Source of the DNA: Amoebidium appalachense
Taxonomy: Eukaryota; Protista; Ichthyosporea
Assembly (NCBI GenBank): GCA_963693365.1
Contig: CAVNZM010000003.1
Location: 10,136,101 to 10,200,100 of the forward strand
Reading direction: 5' to 3'
DNA: 64,000 nt
Shown: in pieces, positions 1 to 41,539 of the stretch
Position numbering within the stretch: the stretch's first letter is position 1
Layout of the letters: each line of letters starts with the position of its first letter
Notes under the pieces: generated by a model
Databases searched by the model: none
What the model was told of the DNA's origin: nothing
Seen by the model: the letters and a program-made list of their open reading frames with translations, nothing else
Translations under genes and position numbers: made by a program

Positions 1-2004
<2,004 letters not shown>

Positions 2005-2870
2005 TTTCGGTGGGCTCTAGTTAGAGCTAAAAAAAAAAAAAAAAAAAAATTAGAAAAACAAAGGTACAGTGTTACTGGATATAAAATTACTTTTAGTTTT
2101 TGAGGTTACGCTACATATGCCTGCATACGTTGTGCATGAGAATGTGCGTTTCAAAAACTCTCTAATGCCAGCCAGAGCTCACAGATGTTTATGTACACAT
2201 GAACGTGTCTGTGTGTGTCGGGTCCGCAACTGCAGGTAAGTTGAACGGATGCTACTCACTCTTCTTCAGCAAAACAGAGTTCGACTGTGAGCACTTTATA
2301 GCAGCGCTGGGGCACGCGGGACTGTTTTGGCCAAAATTCTTAGCATTCCAAAGAGAGTTGGGCGACAAAGATGTCCATAGAATACAACCGTGATCCAGAG
2401 TTCCACTCGAGCAGCGAGCGCCGAGGAAAAAAAACGTGGTGCGTTTTTAGCCAATAGGATGGGCCCGGAGAACAAAACCTGAAGCCAATCGATTTGTGAG
2501 TTCCAAATCTTCAAGGCGTTGATTGGTTAGATATGTGGATCTATTTGGAGGGATGACGAGAATGCTAAATTCGGTTCACGCACAATTAGTGTGATTGGTG
2601 CGACAACGACCTGCGTCAAGGTCCCGCGTTCTGGCAATATGTTAGGAATGCACATATGCATTCCTAATTCTGAGTCCGGCTTACGCGTGCGTGCGCGTAG
2701 CCTACCAAGCGTACATATGGGGTAAACGTGTTGTGAAGCACGCCCAGCGGGAAGCTTTGATATTTCAGTGGCACATGTTCAGAAGGTTACATATTTATTT
2801 AATACGAATAGTCGTGGCGGCACACGTTCGCCTTGCTCCTGCAGGACAACTTTGGTACGTAATTGATGAT

Positions 2871-2919
<49 letters not shown>

Positions 2920-2941
2920 GGGGGGGGGGCGGGCTTGGGGT

Positions 2942-2983
<42 letters not shown>

Positions 2984-2988
2984 GGGGG

Positions 2989-3028
<40 letters not shown>

Positions 3029-3071
3029 ATACGTTTTTTTTTTTTTTTTTTTTTTTGGGGTGTGTGTGTGT

Positions 3072-3110
<39 letters not shown>

Positions 3111-3317
3111 CATCATACGTGATGGCGTATCAGTTGTGATACATCCGCAGGGCTCCGAGCAGTTATCATTTTGGTTACGGCCTGAGGCCTCTTTCCAAAG
3201 CGTGATGAAACTTGGGCTAACTAATTAAAGCTTTTAACGTTGGCATCCCCAGCCACCTCAAGCTTTCCCTGCGTCTTCGCTCCCTGGGGTCTCCCAAAGT
3301 GAGCATATTATCAATAT

Positions 3318-3403
3318 ATACAAGTAGGTCTGTGCGCCGGCGCCAAAACATAACGAAACAGTTATTGATGTTGGGTTGTGTGGTTGTTACCTCCCTCTCC
3401 CCC

Positions 3404-3447
<44 letters not shown>

Positions 3448-3607
3448 GCCTCACGCTCCTCCCCCCCCCCCCCCCCCCCCCCCCCCCGCCTCACGCTTCC
3501 TCCCCCCCCCCCCGGCCCCCCCCCCCCCCCCCCCCTCCCCCCCCCCCCCCCAAATCCTGCAGTTGCTGGATCTGCCAAATGTTATGACCCTTTTCCCTTT
3601 CATTTAA

Positions 3608-3639
<32 letters not shown>

Positions 3640-4043
3640 TTTCTTGCCACACTGTGTTATCAGTCTAGGGCCGGGAGAGATTGCCATTGCCGAAGTACCA
3701 AGTTTACTTGTGGTCCTCCAAAAACATGTAGCTGAAAACCACCAAGTGCAATATATATGTTCTAAATTGCTTGCAAAAATTTTATAATATTAATATTTTT
3801 ATTATTTTGTTGTTTTACTTATTTTACAGAACTGTTTGGTAACCCGATGATATGCATGGACAGGCAATAAAACTTTCCACGTGCACTGAGTGCCAGGTGG
3901 GCAAAATATTTCAATGAAGTCTGGAATTGGCACCCCCCCCGAAATGTTCCCGAACATAAAATCATCATTCTACGGTGTGTGTCAATATACCATGCTCACA
4001 AGTCAGTACTGCAATTATACTATTCTCAGTTTACTTCAAAGCA

Positions 4044-4078
<35 letters not shown>

Positions 4079-4578
4079 CCCTCTTCCCATTCCCTGCCCC
4101 CCCCCAAATTTGTTTTTATGCTTTTCATACTCAGTGACTGCAATCATGGCACCCGTGTTTTCTAGATATATTTCCTTTCATTGTGTTCAACGTCTATGTG
4201 TGTGTGTGTGTGTGTGTGCATGTTTGTGTGTGTGTGAATGTGTGTGTGTGGGCCAAGTGAAGGTTGTATGCGTTTTTTTCTTCTTAGTTGTTTTTGTATT
4301 CTATTCGATTATTACTTTGTGTGTAAATGTGGAAAAAAAAACAAATAGAAAAAATTACCAATGACCACCGCCCAGCTTGAATCACCCTAGCTCTAGTGTA
4401 AAAAAATAATCATTATCAGTCACAAACCCTTCTACTACACTCGCCCCAAATGTCATATTCACATTACTGAGTTGATTTAGCTGTGTTTTTTACTCTATTT
4501 TTTTCAACAACTGTCTGCTATTAAACAGTAAAATGTACATGTGTTTGTGTGTGTGTGTGTGTGTGTGTGCCACAGGCC

Positions 4579-4617
<39 letters not shown>

Positions 4618-6039
4618 ATATAGAATTTACCGTCTTCATCCCCGTGTCCCCCTAAACCGGTGTTAGCGGACCTTTGAGGTTTTTGTGATTGGATTGGTAG
4701 TTCTATTACATTAAAAGTTTCAAAATGTCGTTGTACCAATGATATAATACGTTGTAAAACAAATGTCGCCGAATTTCTCCAAAAAAAGTGCGTTCCATTC
4801 TGGGTTAGAAACCAAAACCGTTTTGATACGGGAATCACCTGATCTCTGCCGTCATTCAGCCCAGCGCGTTCACAGTGAATCCGAAACCGCTGGTTTTTTT
4901 CTTTTTATTTCAAAGCCCCGAGTACGTACATCCTCTCGGGCCCAACTTTAGGGCACTATATTTCAATTTTCTCATTATCAAATATATAGTTATTTTAGGC
5001 TTTTTCATTAGTATCGCAAGAATATTTAGCGATTTTGATGTCATAAAAACAACTAAGCAACGTTTCGATGGTTTTTGATGCCTCACAAAATGGCCTTTGG
5101 TCCCCTCCAAATTCCGGATTTGAGGTCCGGCACTAAAAAAGGTGCGTTCCATTCTGGGTTAGAAACGAAAACCGTTTTGATACGGGAATCACCTGATCTC
5201 TGCCGTCATTCAGCCCAGCGCGTTCACAGTAGACTCCGAAACCGCTGGTTTTTTTCTTTTTACTTCAAAGCCCCGAGTACGTACATCCTCTCGGGCCCAA
5301 CTTTAGGGCACTATATTTCAATTTTCTCATTATCAAATATATAGTTATTTTAGGCTTTTTCATTAGTATCGCAAGAATATTTAGCGATTTTGATGTCATA
5401 AAAACAACTAAGCAACGTTTCGATGGTTTTTGATGCCTCACAAAATGGCCTTTGGTCCCCTCCAAATTCCGGATTTGAGGTCCGGCAAACAACGCATTAT
5501 TAACAATATAAATAATGCGTTGTTTGCCGGACCTCAAATCCGGAATTTGGAGGGGACCAAAGGCCATTTTGTGAGGCATCAAAAACCATCGAAACGTTGC
5601 TTAGTTGTTTTTATGACATCAAAATCGCTAAATATTCTTGCGATACTAATGAAAAAGCCTAAAATAACTATATATTTGATAATGAGAAAATTGAAATATA
5701 GTGCCCTAAAGTTGGGCCCGAGAGGATGTACGTACTCGGGGCTTTGAAATAAAAAGAAAAAAACCAGCGGTTTCGGATTCACTGTGAACGCGCTGGGCTG
5801 AATGACGGCAGAGATCAGGTGATTCCCGTATCAAAACGGTTTTGGTTTCTAACCCAGAATGGAACGCACTTTTTTTGGAGAAATTCGGCGACATTTGTTT
5901 TACAACGTATTATATCATTGGTACAACGACATTTTGAAACTTTTAATGTAATAGAACTACCAATCCAATCACAAAAACCTCAAAGGTCCGCTAACACCGG
6001 TTTAGGGGGACACGGGGATGAAGACGATAAATTCTATAT

Positions 6040-6078
<39 letters not shown>

Positions 6079-6577
6079 GGCCTGTGGCACACACACACAC
6101 ACACACACACAAACACATGTACATTTTACTGTTTAATAGCAGACAGTTGTTGAAAAAAATAGAGTAAAAAACACAGCTAAATCAACTCAGTAATGTGAAT
6201 ATGACATTTGGGGCGAGTGTAGTAGAAGGGTTTGTGACTGATAATGATTATTTTTTTACACTAGAGCTAGGGTGATTCATGCTGGGCGGTGGTCATTGGT
6301 AATTTTTTTTATTTGTTTTTTTTCCACATTTACACACAAAGTAATAATCGAATAGAATACAAAAACAACTAAGAAGAAAAAAACGCATACAACCTTCACT
6401 TGGCCCACACACACACATTCACACACACACAAACACGCACACACACACACACACACACATAGACGTTGAACACAATGAAAGGAAATATATCTAGAAAACA
6501 CGGGTGCCATGATTGCAGTCACTGAGTATAAAAAGCATAAAAAAAAAATTTGGGGGGGCAGGGGAATGGGAAAAGGG

Positions 6578-6613
<36 letters not shown>

Positions 6614-7006
6614 TGCTTTGAAGTAAACTGAGAATAGTATAATTGCAGTACTGACTTGTGAGCATGGTATATTGACACACACCGTAGAATGATGATTTTA
6701 TGTTCGGGAACATTTCGGGGGGGTGCCAATTCCAGACTTCACTGACATATGTTGCCCACCTGGCACTCAGTGCACGTGGAAAGTTTTATTGCCTGTCCAT
6801 GCATATCATCGGGTTCCCAAACAGTTCTGTAAAATAAGTAAAACAACAAAATAATAAAAATATTATAAAAATTTTGCAAGCAATTTAGAACATATTGCAC
6901 TTGGTGGTTTTCAGCTACATGTTTTTGGAGGACCACAAGTAAACTTGGTACTTCGGCAATGGCAATCTCTCCCGGCCCTAGACTGATAACACAGTGTGGC
7001 AAGAAA

Positions 7007-7038
<32 letters not shown>

Positions 7039-7325
7039 GGGGGGGGGGGGGGAAGGGGGGGGGGGGGGGGGGGGGGGGGTAAATAAAAGGGAAAAGGGTC
7101 ATAACATTTGGCAGATCCAGCAACTGCAGGATTTGGGGGGGGGGGGGGGGGGGAGGAAGCGTGAGGCGGGGGGCCAGGGGGGGGGGGGGGGGAAGCGTGA
7201 GGCGAGGGAGGGGGGGGGGACCGGGGGGGAGGGGAGAGGGAGGTAACAACCATACAACCCAACATCAATAACTGTCTCGTTATGTTTTGGCGCCGGCGAC
7301 AGCCGGCACACAGACCTACTTGTAT
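3318..7325. repeat. ~4.0-kb inverted repeat (foldback palindrome), 9-nt loop at 5502-5510
   Basis: 3318-5501 is the reverse complement of 5511-7325 (centre ...aacgcattatt aacaatata aataatgcgtt...). Mirror ORFs appear in the track (4521..4838- vs 5819..6136+). Confidence 0.95.
4781..5487 (+). repeat. ~355-bp tandem duplication in the left palindrome arm only
   Basis: gtgcgttccattctgggttagaaac...gaggtccggca occurs at ~4781-5132 and ~5136-5487; the right arm has a single copy. Confidence 0.9.
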
Positions 7326-7732
7326 GTTCATATCACTTGTTGTCCGACCGCCGGCTCTATCATGTGCCTGCCCCCCCCCCCCCCCATTTTTGTCTCTCGG
7401 AATTCGAACCTCTCTCAACATTGCTCCCACATCAAGGGAATGATAGATAGGCCACCTTTTCCCGCACGCATGAGAACACACAGCAAGACGAACACACACT
7501 CTCCGAGCGGCTCGAGCACACACACCCACACCCACACCCACACCCACACACACACACACCCACACACACACAACACACACACACACACAGCGCACACACG
7601 CGTCACAATGTGTATACACACCGAACCCTAACATATTACTTTATACACGATTCCCTCTCTCCCCCCTTCCCCCCCCCGATCCTCCTCTCCTCCCCTCCCC
7701 CCCTCCCCTCCCCCCCCCCCTCCCTCGGATCC

Positions 7733-7766
<34 letters not shown>

Positions 7767-7868
7767 CCCCTTCCACCATCTACCCCCTCCCCTCTCCCCA
7801 CCCCCCCACCCCACCTCAAAACGTAGGCAACTTCCAACTCACACGAGAAAAACGCTTTCGATCGGGTT

Positions 7869-7901
<33 letters not shown>

Positions 7902-8280
7902 GCGGGGGGGGATAGCCGGTACATACTATGCGTACGGCGGTATGAGACATGTTGCTGTCGGTGTGTACCAGTATTGGCCAGAGGATGAGTCGGCCATGCA
8001 TGAAGATGCAGTACAATACTTTATCTCCTCAATGTATATAGATATATAAATAAAATAAAAACAATTTAAAAAAAAGGAATATGGTGAAGGTATACCATAA
8101 TTCAGGTGTTGTTTTATTTCATTTTTTTGCCGCCTATAAGTGGTTTTTTTGTGTGGGTCGTTGGCCACAGGGGCCGTTAGTTTGCATGCAGTTTTTTTTC
8201 TTTGTTCTAGATCTTCTTCGTCTTATTTTTTAATTTTAATTTTAATTTTTTCCTCTTTTTCCTAGGGAAGGGGGGTGGGT

Positions 8281-8314
<34 letters not shown>

Positions 8315-8709
8315 ATGGCGAGCCAGGGGATTTGAAGGCTGGAGGAGAATAAATACATCGTTACATATGTGTGTGCATGTGTATTTATGTATGGCATTAC
8401 CACTGTACATATGCTGAAGAGGGCACATGGCTCATGGCAAGAGCTCACATAAAGCATGTACATGCACGCAGCGGGAGGCCAATATCTAATCCCAAAAGTC
8501 ACTTTTTTATTATTGAGTGTGATGCAGCCAATGTTGCTCGTCAATATGTACAACCCCACCTTGAGTAAAAAAAATGATGCAAGCAAACAAACAACAACTT
8601 CTATATCCACAAGGGGCAGAAATCAATCTTTCCTTTTTTATTTCGTAAAAAAGGAACCATATAGATATATATACATAAATATACAGGAAAAAACGTAATG
8701 TATTCGGGT

Positions 8710-28466
<19,757 letters not shown>

Positions 28467-29374
28467 CTAGTATGAGTAAGCAGCCTTTTTTCCGGGGCAA
28501 AAAAAAAAAAACGTTCAATTGCAAACCTCTGAAAGTGTTGCATGAAAGGTGAGGTCTAACCTCCGTGGGATTGATCCATCTTTACAGTAAGGAACACACC
28601 TAACTATTCAAGGATGTTGTATAAAGGGATCATGGATCGTAAACTGTTGAATGAACTCTGAGAAAAGGTGCACCTAGGCCTACTTATATTAGCAACCCGT
28701 TACGTGTTCGTGTGATGGATAACGCGGAGGGGAGGGGAGGGGAGGGGAGGGGAGGGGAGGGGAGGGGAGGGGAGGGGAGGGAGGGGGGGGAGGGGGGGGG
28801 GGGGGGGGAAGAAATGTAAAGCGAACCTTATTTCCAGCTATTATCTTCTTGGGATAAAGTCACCCGCTAGCCTGGATGTTTCAGTCACAATCGTTTTTCA
28901 CCAAGTAGAACTTTGGAGATAGATGAGTGTGTACTTGAACAAACCAAGCTGGCAGGGTAGGGGGGTGAATGAATGCCCCGCCGACCGAAAGATGCGGGGA
29001 TTATGCCCAAGGGAAAGTGAGCGAGAAAAGAAAAAAGAAGTGATACTTATAACCACAATAAACTGCTGAAAAAGGAAGGTGGTGTGACAGGTGTCGTGGT
29101 ATTTTCCCCAAGGCCGCTTCCTCCCCCATATGAGTGCATTCGTGTGTTTTGTTTTGGCAGCGTGTGACAGTATGTGACTGTGAGCCACAGGGTGTTTTTG
29201 ATTGGATAAAATGCCTACCATATATGGCAGGAGAGTAAGCTATGACGTCACAGACGCCGCTGAACTTCTGATGATTACCCGTCCCCCCTCACCCCCCCCC
29301 CCCCCCTCCCCCTGCCCGCGGCCCCCCCCGCCCGCGCCCCCCCCTCCCCCTCCCTCCCCCCTCCCCCCCCCCCG

Positions 29375-29413
<39 letters not shown>

Positions 29414-29414
29414 G

Positions 29415-29459
<45 letters not shown>

Positions 29460-32170
29460 CACGCACACACACGCACACACAACGTTCACACACACACGCA
29501 CCGGCCGTATACACACACGCACACACACACACGCACACACACACACACACACACACAAACACCTTGCACACACACACGCACGCACGCACGCACGCACGCA
29601 CGCACACACTGTACACCGTGCACAATCACACCCATGGCGTAGTACACGCACAAAAACGTACCGTAGGCAAATGTGTACATATGTACATGCACGGTGATCT
29701 AACAAAATGATTTGTATTATACAAAGAGTAGAGGATAGACGAGGAAAGAAAAGTGGAGTATGTAGTGCACCCGAAATTGTGCACCACGGTTGCTTCATAC
29801 GTACATACAAAACAGTATTATAATTAGCATGATCAGGATCTGACACGGTCTTTGGACGCTGTGATCGGCGCGTTTCAAAGCAGTCACGTGCCTGGCTAAA
29901 ACATAGAAGTTAGCTATGCATACATATGTGTTGTAAGTCTTTTCTTGGCTTGTATGGGCTTTTCTTTTTAGTAGGGCATTAGTTGTGATATACATACGTA
30001 GGCCGCGTACAGCGTAGCTACTAATATTAGGCCGGCTGATCAATGATCATGATATCAACATTGATGATCTCCCGACTCAGATTCTCGTGCATGAGTTTTA
30101 GCAAATCTCCATTTGAAAACATTTACTTTCTAAGGTTTTTTATCTTGAAACAAATCTGATTGGATAATACACACACCACTTTTTTGGCGCAACGGCGGGT
30201 CGTGACTCGTCTCGCTCGTCTGAGAAAGGAGACTCCGTGACACCTGTAGATGTGCGTCTTCGGCGCCCGTTTCGCACGCGTTTCAAGCTGCACATTTTCC
30301 GCTATTTCGGCTGCGAGTTACAGTATAGTAGATAAAGCATCAGTGCATCGTGCGTGCTCCATGCAGCTGTTGGTGATTGACAGGGAAACAACATCATGAT
30401 GCATATGTATATGCATGGATGCATATATGCGTTAACGTTCATGCATGCGTATGTTGTACATGTGGCTATTTGGTGAATTAAATATCTAGTAGGTACCGGG
30501 TACCTACAGTAGTAGACTAAGGCCCTCTCTCGGGCCTGTTGCAGCATTCCCACTGCAACATGCATTATGCTGATGTCTAAAACGCGTGGGCTTGCGTGTC
30601 TTGATAACCTTCGAGGGGTTTCTTTTGCATTCTAATTTTAGAGTCAATTTGCACCTACTACTTAACATGTAACACATCTTGTTTTATTATGCTGTACATG
30701 CATGTTATTAACATTTGCCAACTAAGTGCGCATAGTTTAGCTAGACATACAGCTTCATTTTTTTCGAAGAAAGTATCATTATTAAAACTGAAAAAACTGA
30801 AAAAGAATATATGAATTGCAGTTCACGTGAACAGTCATGCACATGCATTGCAATTGCAACTTGATGGACAGCATGCATGATGCATGCCGATATCAACTCG
30901 GCACTTATGTACTTGAGCGCGCCGGCCAGTAGGTTACAGCCTTTATCTTACCTGAAAACATGCACAATATACCACATTTAAAGTATTTGAAGCAGGGCTT
31001 CGAACGGCTCAAATTCGCACAAGGATTTAGTCTCCAAGGATATGTACCCACTGGCTTACGTAAGTGGCCGGGCACTACTACGCCACGGGACGCGACATAA
31101 AAAAAAAAAAAAAAAAAAAAGAGGCCGCAGGGAAGACAGCACTCAGTTTGAATAACAAGGATTCGAAACTAACTCACATGTGCACATTCCAGGACGGTAC
31201 CGTAGTAACCGTACGCGTATGGCAACGTTTAGTTAGTAGGCAGCTATTGAGGTAGACTGTAGAGCTCTCGAGGATATAAACTCCTGCCGGCGTGGCTGGG
31301 GTAGTAGCCCTGGGCAAAGTGTGTACTTATAGTTAGGTTGTGAAGGATGGTTTAGCTTAGCTGATCATGAACTCATAGATAGCACCTTAACTAGTGTACT
31401 GTCGACGTCGGTGCTGTGTGGTAGACGGTAGTTTCCCTAGAGGGCCTGAAAAGGCCGTCCGGGAACAAAACGTGATAAAATAAAATCAAAAAATAAAACA
31501 ATCTCGAGGATATAAAAGCCTGTCGTAAAATGATATTCGAATTCAGCACTAGCTAGCACTGTGAACTTGTATATGAGCATTCTGGGTGTTTGTGCAATAA
31601 TGCTCAACCCACCAGGTTGCACTGATGATCGTGAATCAATGACCATATTTATGTGCGCAGCGCTGCACATTTACAGCTGAATTCAACACCATTTGACTAC
31701 TATATATATAATATCCTCAACACTTTACTAGGAGAAAATGTATCTGATATGCAGCCTGAGGACAACTAAACTGGCAGATATACTGCTATGCATGTTGGTT
31801 CTTTTGGGTTGTCTGACTCAGCACCAGACTTTTTTACTAATAGTGGGAGCTACCTCAATGACATTGACAAAAACACACAACACACATTAAGTCTCACCAT
31901 CCGTGATGCCTCTCACCCCAGCCACAACAATCACTGATCTCTTTCGGAGTCGAAGATTAACCCATTACCTCCGGGCCCGAGACACCACACCATTAAACTC
32001 TTCATAAAACCCTAAAACCGAACAATCGCAAAGTTCGATCAACCAACCTCCTGACTGGGAAAAAAACGCTGATGCTCTATGCAAAGCATATGGGTGCTGT
32101 GGTGAACAGCTACCAACTGTGTTTTCCTATGAAACACATGATCCTGATGTTGGGACGGAGGGAGTGAAAA

Positions 32171-38350
<6,180 letters not shown>

Positions 38351-38428
38351 GTATGTGTAGTTGGTGCTCTACTTCCCTTCACCCGCTCCCCCCGCTCCAC
38401 CCGCCTCCTCCCCCTTCACAGACACACA

Positions 38429-38460
<32 letters not shown>

Positions 38461-38462
38461 GG

Positions 38463-38501
<39 letters not shown>

Positions 38502-38513
38502 GCGGGGAGAGGG

Positions 38514-38564
<51 letters not shown>

Positions 38565-38630
38565 CACACACAGAGAAAAGCACGCTCGCACACACGCACA
38601 CAGACAAAATTACACATATTGAAACACACA

Positions 38631-41215
38631 CATCAGCAAACTTCATCCGGCATCCGAAACCCATCTTATATATCATTTTGATATATGGCATACCAAACCC
38701 CACCCTAAATACGTCAAAAAGAGCCTGACAAGATATCATAGAATTCCCGGATAGAACCCATCAGATCCCTATCAATGATATCTTTGATAGGGTTCGGATT
38801 GGTTATGGTATGGCGCATATCCGAAACCCATCCTTTGCTGATATCCTTACGATATCCTTACGATATCATAGAAAACCACGATGGTTTTGGTTTTTGACCG
38901 AAAATCTCAAAATTTCCTCATAGCATTATGATATCCATATGCTATCCTAGTGATATGTATGTTAGCAAGGTCATAATAGCTCTTTTGGATATGTTTCACA
39001 TACGTTTAGGATATTGGTGCCCCAAACGATATCTGTTAGATGTCTTTGTTATAGCCTACATATATCCCTCATTATAGAATATCTTAATCCCATCCAATAC
39101 GCATTACATGACGATATCTACCTGATGTCGTGGGACAATACAAATTGATATCCACGTGATATCTGATGGATAACATGTATGCTTATAAATTGAATATAAT
39201 ACAGATGTTGTTTTGATATCGTCTGGACATCGTTGTGATGTACCTACAACCATTTTTTTGATATCGTTATGCGCCCATGGGGGTAATCCAGAAGATACCC
39301 TTGTACACAACCAGTAGGCATGTTGAAGACATCCTTTTGATATCCTTTCGGATATCCCTTTGTCCACAGGCCCAAGATATGATATCTAATTCATATCATT
39401 GTACAGGTCGTAAGGATATGTACCAAATATATCTAAATAAAGACTTGTGATATATGTGATTGGTATGTGTAAGATGCCCCTATGTACATCAATGTGATAT
39501 GCTGTAACTTATCATTTGAATATCCCGCTCTGTCTAAAACGGCAGCATTGTGGGTATCCTTTTGATATTCTTTTTGATATCCCTTTTATATTCAATATGT
39601 TATCTGTTTTTGGTCCTACATCTCAAACATATCACAACTGCCTCTTTGCAGGCCCAAGCTACGATATCTAATTCATATCTTTGTACACGTCGTAAGGATA
39701 TGTACCTGATATATCTAAATAAAGACTAGTGAGTTGTGTGATTGATATCGGTAAGATGTCGCTATGTACATCAATGTGATATGCTGTAACCTATCATTTG
39801 AATATCCTAATCTGTCCAGAGCAGTAGTCCACGAGGTATCATCTACATATCTTTTAGAGGCCCTTAGATTATCATTGCGATATCCGCATAGGGATATATT
39901 TATATATCGAATTCATAAGTATATGATACATAAGCTTGCCATCCCAGTGATATCTAAGCGGCAGTATTGTGGATATTAGAAAGATATCAGAAGAACATCC
40001 GTGCAGTAGAAGGTCAGTGTCTTTTGTAAGTACATCAATGTGATATCTAAACGGCAGCATTGTGGATATTAGAAAGATATCAGAAGAACAATCGAAAAAT
40101 CCTTTAGATGTCTATTAGATGTCCGATGAGAATGGTTGCGATATACGCGCAAAGAAAATTTTTGTGATCAAGCCAGCTGAGCAATCGTTGGGAAACCCGC
40201 CAATTACTCACACGGGGCATTGCGGGGCTCATTGCGGCCATCTGAATGTGATGGTGGCATGGCCATTTATATAGGGCCAGGAAATCACTTTTCCGTTCGA
40301 TTGTGGGACGAAAATCACAAAATGGCAAACCCGATTTTGATTGGTTGTTATTCTTCAAAACGGCATGCTCAGGGTCACCCAACTGTGATCAGCCAATCAC
40401 GTTTCATGTTTAATTGAGATTATCGCATACATCTAATGAAGATATGTTTCTGCCATCTTTACGACATCGCAACGACCTGATCTTCTATGGTCTGATCTTG
40501 TACATATCCCACAGGGGTCATAAACATCTCATAATGATATTTGTTAGATAAACACGCAACCACAACGGCCGCAAATAAAACTAAATTACCCCATTTGGCA
40601 AGTGCCATGTGGCAGAGTGTAAATTGCGAACGTCCGAAACACTAAACACTAGGCAAAATAGAGCAATCTAGTAACTACATAGTACCAATTTCGAGCATCG
40701 AAGCAGGAAAATGGTTATTTATTGCAATTTTATATTTTGTGTGTTCCGAGGATGTTACCACCTTTGAAGGTTTATTAGCGCCTGAAAACAATACCTTACT
40801 GCATTAGGGCGGGTGCACATCACAGGCACGTGCACATTCTCCGGACACCAGATGATATATCGCAAGATATCCGTACGATATCTAATGTATGTATTGTTGA
40901 TATCATTCTATTCTCATGCATCGTAGTTATAATGAACGTTACCATTTTATGACTATTTATGATATAAAACGCTAGTTACGCTTGTGCTTTCTATAACCGG
41001 TAACGCACGTTAACATTATGCCTCCGCGCGCGTGAACTACAAAGTATGTGAAAACTGCAACGTAGTGATACACACTCTTCTTCTGAACCTATGTCGTCAA
41101 TCATGACACACACACACACACACACACACAGCGAGACACGCACGCTGCCACACACACACACACAAACACACACACACAGAGAGAGATACACACACACAGA
41201 CAGACACGTTGCCCT

Positions 41216-41246
<31 letters not shown>

Positions 41247-41279
41247 GCCACACACACACACACACACACAGGCACGTTG

Positions 41280-41367
<88 letters not shown>

Positions 41368-41391
41368 ACACACACGTTACCATGCGCACCT

Positions 41392-41438
<47 letters not shown>

Positions 41439-41507
41439 ACACACGTACATACACACACCCAAACACATGCCCGTGTGCACGTACATCGGTAGACACGAAC
41501 GCGCGAG

Positions 41508-41539
<32 letters not shown>

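Noticed and set aside
4521-6136. Mirror-image ORFs (105 aa etc.) in the palindrome
   Set aside because: By-products of the inverted repeat; no protein motifs.
30990-31097. tRNA/SINE-like segment (A-box-like TGGCGTAGTAG and B-box-like GTTCGAAGCC on the minus strand)
   Set aside because: Could not fold a cloverleaf; tRNAscan-SE would be needed.
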